64,000 nt of DNA, from the NCBI GenBank assembly GCA_963775205.1, contig CAVZHV010000002.1:1174608-1238607 (forward strand), given 5' to 3'. A model generated the notes under the pieces. That model was not told where the DNA came from. It searched no databases and saw only the letters and a program-made list of their open reading frames with translations. The stretch is from an uncultured Actinomycetota bacterium. Its GTDB lineage: Bacteria > Actinomycetota > Actinomycetes > Mycobacteriales > Mycobacteriaceae. Made by a program: the position numbers and the translations under genes. Positions 42,398 through 52,070 of the stretch are shown here, piece by piece (position 1 is the first letter of the stretch; each line of letters opens with the position of its first letter).

Positions 42398-44408
42398 ATG
42401 CGCTATCTCGTTACCGGCGGTACCGGGTTCATCGGCCGCAGGGTGGTCTCGAAACTCCTGGAAACGCGTGACGACGACGTCGGGGTGCTGGTTCGGCGCG
42501 CGTCGCTGTCCCGCTTCGAACGCCTGGCCGCCGACTGGGGAGAGCGCGCCAAGGCGGTCGTCGGCGACTTGACCGCACCCGAACTCGGCCTCAGCGCCGA
42601 GACGCTGGCGAGCCTGCGCCGACGTCGAGCACGTGGTGCACTGCGGCGCGATCTACGACATCACCGAGCCGGACCAGGCCCAACGCGCTGCCAACGTGGA
42701 CGGCACCCGGTCGGTGATCGCGTTGGCAAAGCGCCTCGGCGCGACGTTGCACCACGTGTCGTCGATCGCGGTCGCCGGCGACTTCCACGGCGAGTACACC
42801 GAGGCCGACTTCGACGTCGACCAGAACCTGCCCACGGCGTACCACCAGACCAAGTTCGAGGCCGAGCAGCTGGTGCGCGCCGAGCCGGGACTGCGCTACC
42901 GCATCTACCGGCCCGGCGCGGTCGTCGGCGATTCACGCACCGGCGAGATGGACAAGATCGACGGGCCCTACTACCTCTTCGGGGTGCTCGCCGCACTGGC
43001 GAAGCTACCGTCCTTCACGCCGATGATGCTGCCCGACGTCGGCCGCACCAACATCGTCCCGGTCGACTATGTGGTCGACGCGCTTGTCTTCCTGATGCAC
43101 GCACCCGACCGGGACGGCCAGACATTCCATCTCACCTCACCGAAGGCCATTGGGCTGCAAGGCATCTACCGTGGTGTCGCGAAGGCGGCGGGGCTGCCGC
43201 CGATGATCGGCGCACTGCCGCGATCGCTCGCGTCGCCAGTGCTCAAGCTGCGCGGCCGCGCGAAGGTGATACGCAACGTAGCCGTCACGCAGCTGGGGGT
43301 TCCGGCCGAACTGCTCGACGTCGCCGACCTGCCCACGACGTTCACCGCCGACGCGACACGGGAAGCGTTGCGGGGCAGCGGGATCGACGTGCCGGAGTTC
43401 GCCTCGTACGCGCCACGGCTGTGGCGGTATTGGGCTGACCACCTGGACCCCGACCGCGCCCGTCGTGACGACCCGGACGGTCCGCTGGTCGGCAAGCACG
43501 TGATCGTCACCGGCGCGTCGAGCGGGATCGGCCGCGCGTCGGCGATCGCAATCGCGCAACGGGGGGCGACGGTCTTCGCGCTGGCCCGCAACGGCGCCGC
43601 TCTGGACGAGCTGGTTGCCGAGATCCGTGAATCAGGCGGCCAGGCTTACGCTTTCACCTGCGATGTCACCGACTCGTCGTCGGTCGAGCACACCGTCAAG
43701 GACATCCTCGGAAGGTTCGGCCACGTCGACTACCTGGTCAACAGCGCGGGTCGCTCGATACGCCGCTCGGTGGTCAACTCCACCGACCGGCTGCACGACT
43801 ACGAACGCGTGATGGCCGTCAACTACTTCGGCGCGGTGCGCATGGTGCTCGCGCTGCTACCGCACTGGCGGGAACGGCGTTTCGGCCACGTCGTCAACGT
43901 CTCCAGCGCGGGCGCGCAGGCGCGCAACCCGAAATACAGCGCATACATCCCGAGCAAGGCCGCACTGGACGCGTTCTCCGATGTGATCGCCACCGAAACA
44001 CTCTCCGACCACATCACTTTCACGAACGTGCACATGCCGCTGGTACGTACGCCGATGATCACTCCGTCGCGAAGGCTCAACCCGCAACGCCCGATCAGCG
44101 CCGAGCACGCCGCGGCGATGGTGGTACGCGCGCTCGTGGAGAAGCCCGCACGCCTGGACCACCCGCTCGGCACGATCGCCGAGGCGGGGAACTACTTCAC
44201 GCCGAAACTCGCGCGCCGGATCCTGCACCAGATCTACCTGGGATACCCCGATTCCCCCGCGGCGCAGGGGATCCCCGCCGCCGAATCGGCTCCACCGCCG
44301 TCCGAGTCGCCGCGCCGGCCCAAGCGGCCCGCCCGCGCGGTACGCAAGTTGGGTGTGCCCCGTCCCGTGAGGCGAGCGGTGAGGTTGGTGCCCGGCGTAC
44401 ATTGGTGA
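42398..44408 (+). CDS. acrA1: Two-domain SDR fatty acyl-CoA reductase (Rv3391-like), frameshift near 42617
   Basis: MRYLVTGGTGFIG, YHQTKFEAE, DKIDGPYY, second domain TGASSGIG, NSAGRSIRRS, YIPSK. Confidence 0.85.
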
Positions 44409-44412
44409 CCTT

Positions 44413-45108
44413 GTGAGGTCACTTGCCCAAATCGTCAGCGCTGCCCTGATCGTCGCTGCCGCCTGTATGTGGCTGCCCCCGAGCGCGGACGCCGACCGCA
44501 CCATCACTTTGACCTTCGTCCGCCACGCACAGTCGGCAGGCAACGCGTCCGGCCTGATCGACACGTCGGTGCCGGGTCCCGAGATCACCGCCCTGGGCGT
44601 CGGCCAAGCCATAGAGGTCGAGAAAGAGTTGAGCCCCAACGGCTATGACGGTATCTACGCCTCGACGATGGTGCGCACCCAACAGACGGCCGCCCCCATG
44701 TCAGGCGCACTGGCCGAGCCCGTTTCGGTGTTGGCGGGCCTTCGCGAGATCGAAGCGGGTCAGTACGAAGGGCAACCGGAGGCCGGCGCGCAGCAGTACT
44801 TCACCGCACCCGTCGCGTGGCTGCAGGGCGACCGCGGCGCTCGCATCCCTGGATCGATCGACGGCAACGAATTCGACGCCCGCTTCGACGACGCGGTGCA
44901 ATCCATCTACGACAGCGGCGACGTCAACGCGGTCGCCTTCTCGCACGCGGCGGCGATCATGGTGTGGGTCCTGATGAACGTCAAGAACCCGGACGCGTCG
45001 TTGGCCACCGAAGACCCACTGCCGAACGTCGGCCACATCGTGATCGTCGGAAGCCCCCGCGACGGCTGGACGCTGGTCGACTGGGACGGGGTTTCGGTAC
45101 CGCGATGA
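44413..45108 (+). CDS. Secreted histidine phosphatase family protein (LpqD-like)
   Basis: Signal peptide; FVRHAQS, RTQQTA, GLREIEAG, FSH. Confidence 0.85.
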   Translation: MRSLAQIVSAALIVAAACMWLPPSADADRTITLTFVRHAQSAGNASGLIDTSVPGPEITALGVGQAIEVEKELSPNGYDGIYASTMVRTQQTAAPMSGALAEPVSVLAGLREIEAGQYEGQPEAGAQQYFTAPVAWLQGDRGARIPGSIDGNEFDARFDDAVQSIYDSGDVNAVAFSHAAAIMVWVLMNVKNPDASLATEDPLPNVGHIVIVGSPRDGWTLVDWDGVSVPR

Positions 45109-46127
45109 GTGTGCCGGTCTTCGCCGACGTCGACACCGGCGTCGATGACGCGATGGCTCTGGTGTACCTGCTCGCCAGCACCGAAGCCCGACTGGTCGGA
45201 ATCGCGTCGACTGGCGGAAACGTTGCGGTGCAACAGGTTTGCGTCAACAACCTCGGGCTGCTGGACCTCTGCCGGGCGGACGACATCCCGGTGTCGAAGG
45301 GCGCCGAGCAGCCGCTGGGGTGCGCTTTGCGCACCGCGGAGGACACACACGGGCCGCAAGGCCTCGGGTACGCCGAGGTGCCACGGAGTGCTCGCCGGCT
45401 CACCGACTACGACGCCGCCGAGGCGTGGGTGCGCGCGGCGCACGCTTACCCCGGTGAACTGATCGGACTCGTGACCGGCCCGATGACCAACCTGGCGCTG
45501 GCGTTGCGTCTGGAGCCGGGACTGCCCGGGTTGCTGCGGCGGCTGGTGATCATGGGCGGCTCGTTCGAGTATCGCGGGAACACCGATGTGGTGGCGGAGT
45601 GGAACGTCAGCGTCGACCCCGAAGCCGCAGCGGAGGTGTTCGCTCATTGGACGGGCGCTGGGGGGTTACCAATCGTGTTGGGGCTCAACCTCACCGAGAA
45701 CATCGTGATGACACCGGCGATCTTGTCCCGGTTGGCCCAGGCGGCCGACTCGTCGACATTGGCGATGAGCGTGCTCGATCCGCGGGGTACCCGGTCGGTG
45801 GCCTTCAACCCGCTGATCCGTGTGCTCGAGGATGCGATGCGGTTCTACTTCGAGTTCCACTTCGACCAGGGCGAGGGCTATCTGGCGCATCTGCACGACC
45901 CGCTCGCGGCGGCAGTCGCGCTGGATCCGTCGCTGGCGCACACCCGCTCGGCGACAGTCGATGTGGAGTTGACCGGCACGCTGACACGCGGGATGACGAT
46001 CGCCGACTGGTCGGGCCGTTGGGGCCGTGCGCACAATGCGCGGGTGGGCGTCGGCGTCGATCCTGGCGCGTTCTTCGACCGCTTCATCGACCGGGTCGGC
46101 ACGTTCGCGCGGCGGGTCTACTCGTAG
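45105..46127 (+). CDS. iunH: Nucleoside hydrolase
   Basis: DVDTGVDDAMAL, TGPMTNLA, AEWNVSVDPEAA, LHDPLA. Confidence 0.92.
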   Translation: MSVPVFADVDTGVDDAMALVYLLASTEARLVGIASTGGNVAVQQVCVNNLGLLDLCRADDIPVSKGAEQPLGCALRTAEDTHGPQGLGYAEVPRSARRLTDYDAAEAWVRAAHAYPGELIGLVTGPMTNLALALRLEPGLPGLLRRLVIMGGSFEYRGNTDVVAEWNVSVDPEAAAEVFAHWTGAGGLPIVLGLNLTENIVMTPAILSRLAQAADSSTLAMSVLDPRGTRSVAFNPLIRVLEDAMRFYFEFHFDQGEGYLAHLHDPLAAAVALDPSLAHTRSATVDVELTGTLTRGMTIADWSGRWGRAHNARVGVGVDPGAFFDRFIDRVGTFARRVYS

Positions 46128-47707
46128 ATGCCCTCGAGGTACCAGCGCCGCTGCCGATAGCACAGCAGAAACGCCCGCTCCTCGCGTCCGGAGTCCACCA
46201 AAACCTGGGCACGGGCGGTGCGACCGGCCGCCACGTCGGGGTCCCACCAGCGCTCGTCGACCGGCCACGGCCCCGCCCACCAGCGCAGCGGACCATGTGC
46301 GGCGAGCTGGGCCGGCTCGGCGGTGAACATCCCCCGGCTGGTGACTCGCACTGGATTGCCTTGAGCATCAAGGAGTTCGACCGGGTCGTCGAGGAGAACG
46401 GCCGGTGACGGTTCGGGCAGTTGGCCCGGCCACGGCTGCTGTGGATCGGCCCGCGGGACGGGCTCGTCGCCCAGCGGCACCAGCGTGATCCGCTCGGCCG
46501 GCCCGCGGCCACCGCTCAGCACCGGGACCTGGACCGCGTCCGGCCCGAGCAGACCCTGTACCCGCACCAGCGCCCGTCGCGCCCGCAGCCGGTCTTCCTC
46601 GCCCAGCCCGCCCCACAGCGGCAGCTGCAGCGCCTCGGCCGAGACCACCTCCACCGGCTGCAGCCGCAGCATCGTCACCGGCGCGGTGGGCCGGTCACCG
46701 CTGTGTTTATCCCCGGGTCGCTTCGCTCCAGCCCGCCGGTGGCTGTTCAGCCAGCCGTCCAGCTGCCAGCGCACCCGGTCGGCGGTGGCGTCTTCGGTCA
46801 ATGGCTCCGCGCAGCGCCAAACCCGGCTCAGCTCTTCGCCGTTGGCGGTGACGGCGTGGATGGCCAGCCGGGTGCAGCCGACACCGGCCGACATCAGCGT
46901 CTGATGCAGCCGGCTGGCCAACGACCGGCCGGCGAACGCCGCGGCGTCCACGCGGTCGATCGGGGGGTCGCACCGCAGTTCGGCGTCGAATTCGGCTTCC
47001 GGTTCGCGTCCAGACGGGCCGCGCTGCGGCTCACCGCGGGCGAATCGGTGCGCCACCACCGCGTCGGCGCCGAACCGGGACGCCACGTCGGCGCGCGACA
47101 GCGCCGCGAACTGACCGATGGTGCGAATCCCCAACCGCCGCAGCAGATCTGCCAGCTCGGCGCGCCCGTCGCCGGACAGGCTCGGTTCGGTGGCCAGCTC
47201 CCGGATCGGCAGATTGGCCAGGAACTCGGCATCTGCGCCGGGCTCGACGATGCGCCCGGCACGGGCGGCGAACACGGCGGTGGGCAACTGGTCGGCGATG
47301 CCGGCCTGGCATTCGGCACCCGCGGCCGAGACCGCGTCGACCAACCGCTCGGCCGCAGCCGGTTCGGAGCCGAAGTAGCGGGCCGCTCCGCGCACCGACA
47401 GCACCAGCAGACCGGGACGCAGCACCTCGGCGCGCGGCACCAGGTCGTCCACCGCGGCCGTCACCGGCTCGAAGTACCGTGCGTCGCGGCCCGGATCGGC
47501 GGTGACCACGTGCAGGTCGGGGCAGCGGGCCTGCGACTCGCGACGGCGCAGGCCGCGTCGCACCCCGGCCGCACGGGCGGCCGCGGAGCAGGCGACCACG
47601 CGGTTGGCCAGCGTCACCGCCACCGGCGCGGTGGCGGGGAGGCCCGCGGCGGTGGCGGCCGCGACCGCCGGCCAGTCCATGCACCAGAGAGCCAATACGC
47701 GGGACAT
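46118..47707 (-). CDS. imuB: Y-family polymerase-like mutasome protein ImuB (Rv3394c-like)
   Basis: RVLALWCMDWP, GVRRGLRRRESQARCP, QLPLWG clamp motif, GPWPVDERWW. Confidence 0.93.
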   Translation of the reverse strand: MSRVLALWCMDWPAVAAATAAGLPATAPVAVTLANRVVACSAAARAAGVRRGLRRRESQARCPDLHVVTADPGRDARYFEPVTAAVDDLVPRAEVLRPGLLVLSVRGAARYFGSEPAAAERLVDAVSAAGAECQAGIADQLPTAVFAARAGRIVEPGADAEFLANLPIRELATEPSLSGDGRAELADLLRRLGIRTIGQFAALSRADVASRFGADAVVAHRFARGEPQRGPSGREPEAEFDAELRCDPPIDRVDAAAFAGRSLASRLHQTLMSAGVGCTRLAIHAVTANGEELSRVWRCAEPLTEDATADRVRWQLDGWLNSHRRAGAKRPGDKHSGDRPTAPVTMLRLQPVEVVSAEALQLPLWGGLGEEDRLRARRALVRVQGLLGPDAVQVPVLSGGRGPAERITLVPLGDEPVPRADPQQPWPGQLPEPSPAVLLDDPVELLDAQGNPVRVTSRGMFTAEPAQLAAHGPLRWWAGPWPVDERWWDPDVAAGRTARAQVLVDSGREERAFLLCYRQRRWYLEGIYE

Positions 47708-47717
47708 GACACTTGCG

Positions 47718-48404
47718 TCACGCGTGCGCCGAATGGCCACTTATTGCACGCTTTTCGCGAAAATGCGTGTGATAACCGGCCGTTCGGCGGATGGACAGCT
47801 GCACCTTGTTAATCCGACCGCCTACCTCATAGCCGCTAACCCTGGCCTCCAGCCGCATCCTGGCGCCCTGCCAGTCACCACCGGTGACCAGCAGCGTGCA
47901 GCCCTTGTTGCGGGCCCGCGCCGTCACGGCCCGCGCCCGCGACAGCGGTACTGACCGACCGCCGAGGCCGAGCACCACCAGATCCATTCCGTCCAGCAGC
48001 ACCGCGGCCACCTCGATCGGATCGGTACCGGGGTTCGGCACCAGGGCCAGCCGGGTCAGGTCCGCACCCTTCTCCACGGCGGCCAGCACACCGACGTCGG
48101 GCTGCCCGACGACGGCGACGTGACCGCCGGCCGACGTCACCGCCGCCACCACCTCCAACGTCAGCGACCGGGCGCCCGACGCCACCACCACCGAGCCGCG
48201 CGGCAACGCCACGGGAAGCTGCTCAGCCAGCGATTCGGAGACCGGCAGCAAACTTTCGGAGTCAGGGATGAGCTCGTCGGTGCGCGGCGGCGCCGCGTGG
48301 CCGCGGCTGACCTTTCCCGACACCGCGGCCATCTTGCGGCGCAGGTGTTCTACCAGCTCAGCACGGTCAACCGCGCGCCGGTGCAGGCTCATCGCTGCCG
48401 TCAC
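47718..48404 (-). CDS. imuA: Mutasome accessory protein ImuA' (Rv3395c-like)
   Basis: [43 protein letters not shown]; C-terminus contains an inserted palindrome. Confidence 0.88.
   Translation of the reverse strand: MTAAMSLHRRAVDRAELVEHLRRKMAAVSGKVSRGHAAPPRTDELIPDSESLLPVSESLAEQLPVALPRGSVVVASGARSLTLEVVAAVTSAGGHVAVVGQPDVGVLAAVEKGADLTRLALVPNPGTDPIEVAAVLLDGMDLVVLGLGGRSVPLSRARAVTARARNKGCTLLVTGGDWQGARMRLEARVSGYEVGGRINKVQLSIRRTAGYHTHFREKRAISGHSAHA
47727..47789. repeat. 63-bp palindromic REP-like element inside the imuA' 3' end
   Basis: CGCCGAATGGCC...GGCCGTTCGGCG arms. Confidence 0.75.
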
Positions 48405-48439
48405 AGCAGCACCTCCCGAACCTTCTGTTTCACGCTGTT

Positions 48440-48455
48440 TCGAATATATGTTCGA
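48440..48455. promoter_or_regulatory. LexA (SOS) box for imuA'-imuB
   Basis: TCGAAT-ATAT-GTTCGA (1 mismatch); a TGTCGG motif on the minus strand at 48479-84 resembles the PafBC/RecA-NDp -35 element. Confidence 0.85.
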
Positions 48456-48628
48456 TACTCTGAGTAAACACCCGCCCGCCGACACCGTCAAGGGGTCAGA
48501 CGCCAAGGGGACGATCTGCGGGGGCTAGGGCGACTTACTCACCAGTGCTGGAACACCAACAGCGACGTTGGCGAAAAACGCGGTTCGGCCAGGCGACCCG
48601 TGTGGACTCTTACTACTACTGACGAATC

Positions 48629-49072
48629 TCAGACGCAGGAAGATATGAGAACCCTGCCCGTCGGATCGAGGACCTGATCGAACTCCGAGGCGTTGTAAAC
48701 CGCATTAGCGAAGGCATCCTCGATCGTATGCCCGGCACCACCGGCGACGAGGCCGCTGTCGTCTTCGCCGACTGACACCACGCACACGTCAGCATTGGTT
48801 ACCTCGTCACTGGTGCACTGGTCGGCGCCGGCGCCCTGACACACGGCGATCACCGCTGCTTCGGCCTCATCGTTGGTGGCACCGGATGCCGTGTAGCCCA
48901 ACAAGACTCCGTCGAGCACGCCGGAGCCGACTGCTCTGGACATCACGCCGGGCTCGACCTCTCCACCAGGTCCGTCAGCCCACGCAAGACTTGCCGAGAT
49001 CGTCGCGGTGATAGTGCCTGCAGTGACTACGCCAGCGGCGAAAACCGCGAAAACCGAGCGGGTGATGGCCAT
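48629..49072 (-). CDS. Secreted four-Cys protein (possibly DUF4189-like)
   Basis: Signal peptide ending AWA; EAEAAVIAVC...C...CV...GGAGHTIEDAFANA...ISSC pattern; family call from memory. Confidence 0.6.
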   Translation of the reverse strand: MAITRSVFAVFAAGVVTAGTITATISASLAWADGPGGEVEPGVMSRAVGSGVLDGVLLGYTASGATNDEAEAAVIAVCQGAGADQCTSDEVTNADVCVVSVGEDDSGLVAGGAGHTIEDAFANAVYNASEFDQVLDPTGRVLISSCV

Positions 49073-49350
49073 GCTGCTCCCTCTGAACCGGTCCACCGAA
49101 TGACTCGTACTTTGTATCACAGGCATACCCCATTTTCTCGGCGCTTTCAGCACACGTGACATGCGACGCAGATGAACCCTCGTTCGCGTTACGTTGACTT
49201 AACCAAGCGTTGCCACTAGTAACCACAAAGTCTTTCGGCACCACGGCCGCGTTGTCAGCGATCCACTGAGCACCCCGCCGACACTCCGGTTGGGTGCGAA
49301 GCGAGCTTCACCTCCGCCTGCACCCAGAACCAGTACCGCCACTGCTAGCG

Positions 49351-49569
49351 CTACCGCCCACGCCTACCGGGCGGAATAACTTCCGACACATTAGGTGCCC
49401 GCGTGCCCGGCACTGCCTTGATCGAAACACTGCCAGTCGTTTGGCAGATGGTCTTGGTCCCGGTTTCTTGGCAACTCGGCCGGGCACCGGCAATCGGAGC
49501 CGACATGACCGCGGCTGCGATCAAACCCGCCGTCAGCAGTGATGTTGTGAACTCGTATCGGATCGTCAT
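49351..49569 (-). CDS. Small secreted CX8C protein
   Basis: GAGG RBS; signal peptide APIAGA; PSCQETGTKTICQTTGSVSI. Confidence 0.65.
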   Translation of the reverse strand: MTIRYEFTTSLLTAGLIAAAVMSAPIAGARPSCQETGTKTICQTTGSVSIKAVPGTRAPNVSEVIPPGRRGR

Positions 49570-49715
49570 GGACCTCACCCCGCTCGGCTTTCTTCATGGT
49601 CATCGCGTCGCACAGACCCTACTAGTATCACGGGAGTTTCGCGTCCATTCACAAGCGACGATGGGCACATAACAACGTCGCAGCCTTGGGCGGCTACCAG
49701 GCGACAGTCTTCGCG

Positions 49716-50082
49716 TCGAGTACCACGCGGTTGACCTCGGGCTCCTCGTTGATGATCCGCGTCGAGATGCGCTCCAGCGTTTCGTACAGCACGCGTCTCC
49801 CGTCGGGCGGTGATCGCGTGCTCACTCGACACGGGCCGCAACACAATCGGGTGACCGTATGTGCGCCCGTCGCCCTGCACGCCCTCTGACCGGATAACGG
49901 CGAGCAACACCCGCGGGCACTGCCAGACCACACTGTTAGTCCCGCGCGGTAAGTTCCTCGCGTGCAATCGCATCGGCGCGCCGCAGCGTGTCCAGCCGCT
50001 GCGCGGTGACATTCCCGACGATGCAGATTCCCAGGCCGGGTCCGGGAAAAGGTTGGCGCGCAACGATTTCCTCAGGCAAGCC
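49716..50082 (-). pseudogene. Decayed duplicate of the guaA 3' region
   Basis: Aligns with 52111-52478; remnants [54 protein letters not shown] in broken frames. Confidence 0.88.
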
Positions 50083-50115
50083 ATCGGACGATTCCTCAAT
50101 TTGCACGTCGATCAG

Positions 50116-50364
50116 TTACCGCCTACCGCCGCCCCCCGGGTTTTGCCAAAAGAACGGGCCGTACATCCCGATTGCAGGGCTTTGCACGGTAGGCGGCGGC
50201 GTGCTGGTTATCCGAGCGTGACCAGGCTTCTGGCACATGACTGCACCGCCTGTGTTGGTGCATGACGGTGGGCTTATCGCGGAGGCGCTCGGTGCGACAG
50301 CGATTGCCGCGGTGGCGGCTCCTGCTGCCAGCAATGGTGCGAGATAACGCAGCCTTGGGGCCAT
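50116..50364 (-). CDS. Small secreted CX8C protein
   Basis: AAGGAG RBS; signal peptide APSASA; PSCTNTGGAVMCQKPGHARI. Confidence 0.75.
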   Translation of the reverse strand: MAPRLRYLAPLLAAGAATAAIAVAPSASAISPPSCTNTGGAVMCQKPGHARITSTPPPTVQSPAIGMYGPFFWQNPGGGGRR

Positions 50365-50454
50365 CAGGTGCTCCTTTTTCCGTTTCGGTGTTGTTGTTCC
50401 GGTGCCACTTCAAAGCTAAATTCGGCGTCGCCCTAATAGCAATAAAGTCATAGA

Positions 50455-50499
50455 GCGCTCAGATATGAGCGCACATATATATGTGTTCATATATATGAA
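50455..50499. promoter_or_regulatory. AT-rich triple palindrome, putative regulator binding region
   Basis: GCGCTCA-gata-TGAGCGC, CACATATATATGTG, TTCATATATATGAA back to back in a divergent intergenic region. Confidence 0.5.
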
Positions 50500-50777
50500 A
50501 TTGCTTCGGCCGACCCACCGCCCTAGCGGCGACGCCGGCTCTTCGGAGGTGTTGCAGCTGGCGATTCTGAGCCACCACATCACGATGCTCGCTTCGCTGA
50601 ACGTGCGATCCGGTGGCGGAGTCCACTGGCAGTACCTTCTTATTACCTCGTGCAGTTCGTCACATTGGTCGGCAGAAGTACCTGTGCACCAATCGATTTC
50701 ATGGACGATGTCGCCTCTTCATAAGAGCTAGGTATGAAGATCGTGACAGCGTCATATGTCGTTCGCACACTGGAAAC

Positions 50778-51563
50778 ATGACAACGCTGCAGTCAGCCGG
50801 GCCGCCTCGCCACCGTCAGGCGATCCTCGGGAGATTGCCCCGCATCTACCGCGCAGACGGTTCTCCGATCCGGGTCCTCCTGGTCGATGACGAGTTGACG
50901 CTGACCAATCTCGTGACGATGGCGCTGCACTATGAAGGCTGGGAGGTGGATGTCGCCCACAACGGCGAGAATGCCGTTGCCAAGTTCAACGCAAACCCGC
51001 CGGACGTGCTGATCTTGGACATCATGCTGCCCGACATCGACGGCCTGCAAATATTGCGGCGGGTGCGTGAAGCGGAGCACTACACACCTACGCTGTTTCT
51101 GACCGCTCGCGATTCGGTTACTGACCGCGTCACCGGCTTGACGGCCGGCGCCGACGACTACATGACAAAACCGTTCAGCCTCGAAGAGCTCGTGGCGCGG
51201 CTTCGCGGCCTGCTGCGGCGCAGCCAGTACACCGACGCCACTCCGCCGGACAACCTCACCGTCGGCGATCTGACCTTGGACGCCGCTGGCCGAAGAGCCA
51301 GCCGCGGTGGAACTGAAATTGATTTGACCGCAACAGAGTTCGAGCTGCTCCGCTACTTGATGCGTAACCACGATCGCGCCATCGGCCGCGCGGAAATCCT
51401 TGATCGAGTGTGGCACTACGGCTTCGACGGCAGGACCAGTATCGTCGACCTCTACATCTCCTATTTGCGTAAGAAGATCGACAAAGGCCGCGAGCCGATG
51501 ATCCGCACCGTACGCGGAATCGGGTACGTGCTGCGGTCCTCGAGTGACGCTCGGGAGGCCTGA
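50778..51563 (+). CDS. OmpR-family response regulator, TrcR-like (no adjacent kinase)
   Basis: RQAILGRLPRIYRADGSPIRVLLVDDE N-terminus characteristic of TrcR; LDIMLP, GADDYMTKPF, LTATEFELL, IRTVRGIGY. Confidence 0.88.
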   Translation: MTTLQSAGPPRHRQAILGRLPRIYRADGSPIRVLLVDDELTLTNLVTMALHYEGWEVDVAHNGENAVAKFNANPPDVLILDIMLPDIDGLQILRRVREAEHYTPTLFLTARDSVTDRVTGLTAGADDYMTKPFSLEELVARLRGLLRRSQYTDATPPDNLTVGDLTLDAAGRRASRGGTEIDLTATEFELLRYLMRNHDRAIGRAEILDRVWHYGFDGRTSIVDLYISYLRKKIDKGREPMIRTVRGIGYVLRSSSDAREA

Positions 51564-51695
51564 TACGACGATGCTCGGCTGCAAGCCAATCACAACCGCG
51601 TCGTCGTCAACGAGATCGGCAACGGCCGCTCCACCGACGCGCGTGCCCCATGTCATTCACGACAGCGAACAGCAGAACACGGAAGGATCAGCCCC

Positions 51696-51983
51696 TTGAA
51701 GAATCGCCTGATTTTCGGCATCAACGTCGTCGCGGCCGCCTTGGCAGTAGGCGTCATCGCCTACATTCCGAGCCGCGGTGTCGAACACTCCGCCACGTCC
51801 AGCGAAGCTTGCGAGGTTTCGACGACACCGGCCCACTGCCCTGGCGGCACGATCCCGTTGCCACCGGGTGGACCCGAGACCGTCTATCCGCGCGACCACC
51901 CCGTCGGTGGCGCAAACCCGTTCGTGCCGTACGGTACTAACCCATTCGTCCCCTACGGAACGTGGCATGGGCTGGAATACTGA
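51696..51983 (+). CDS. Small exported CX8C protein with NPFVPYGT repeat
   Basis: GGAAGGA RBS before TTG; hydrophobic N-terminus; CEVSTTPAHC; NPFVPYGT twice. Confidence 0.6.
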   Translation: MKNRLIFGINVVAAALAVGVIAYIPSRGVEHSATSSEACEVSTTPAHCPGGTIPLPPGGPETVYPRDHPVGGANPFVPYGTNPFVPYGTWHGLEY

Positions 51984-52070
51984 CGCGCGAGAGGATCTGT
52001 GCTAGAGGCTGCGCACAAGCCGCGATACCGACGCCGAGTGCGATCTCTCCGCAGTTTCGTGCGAAGAGTG

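Noticed and set aside
34304-48404. Separation of dnaE2 from imuA'-imuB as unusual
   Set aside because: The split mutasome cassette is the normal mycobacterial arrangement
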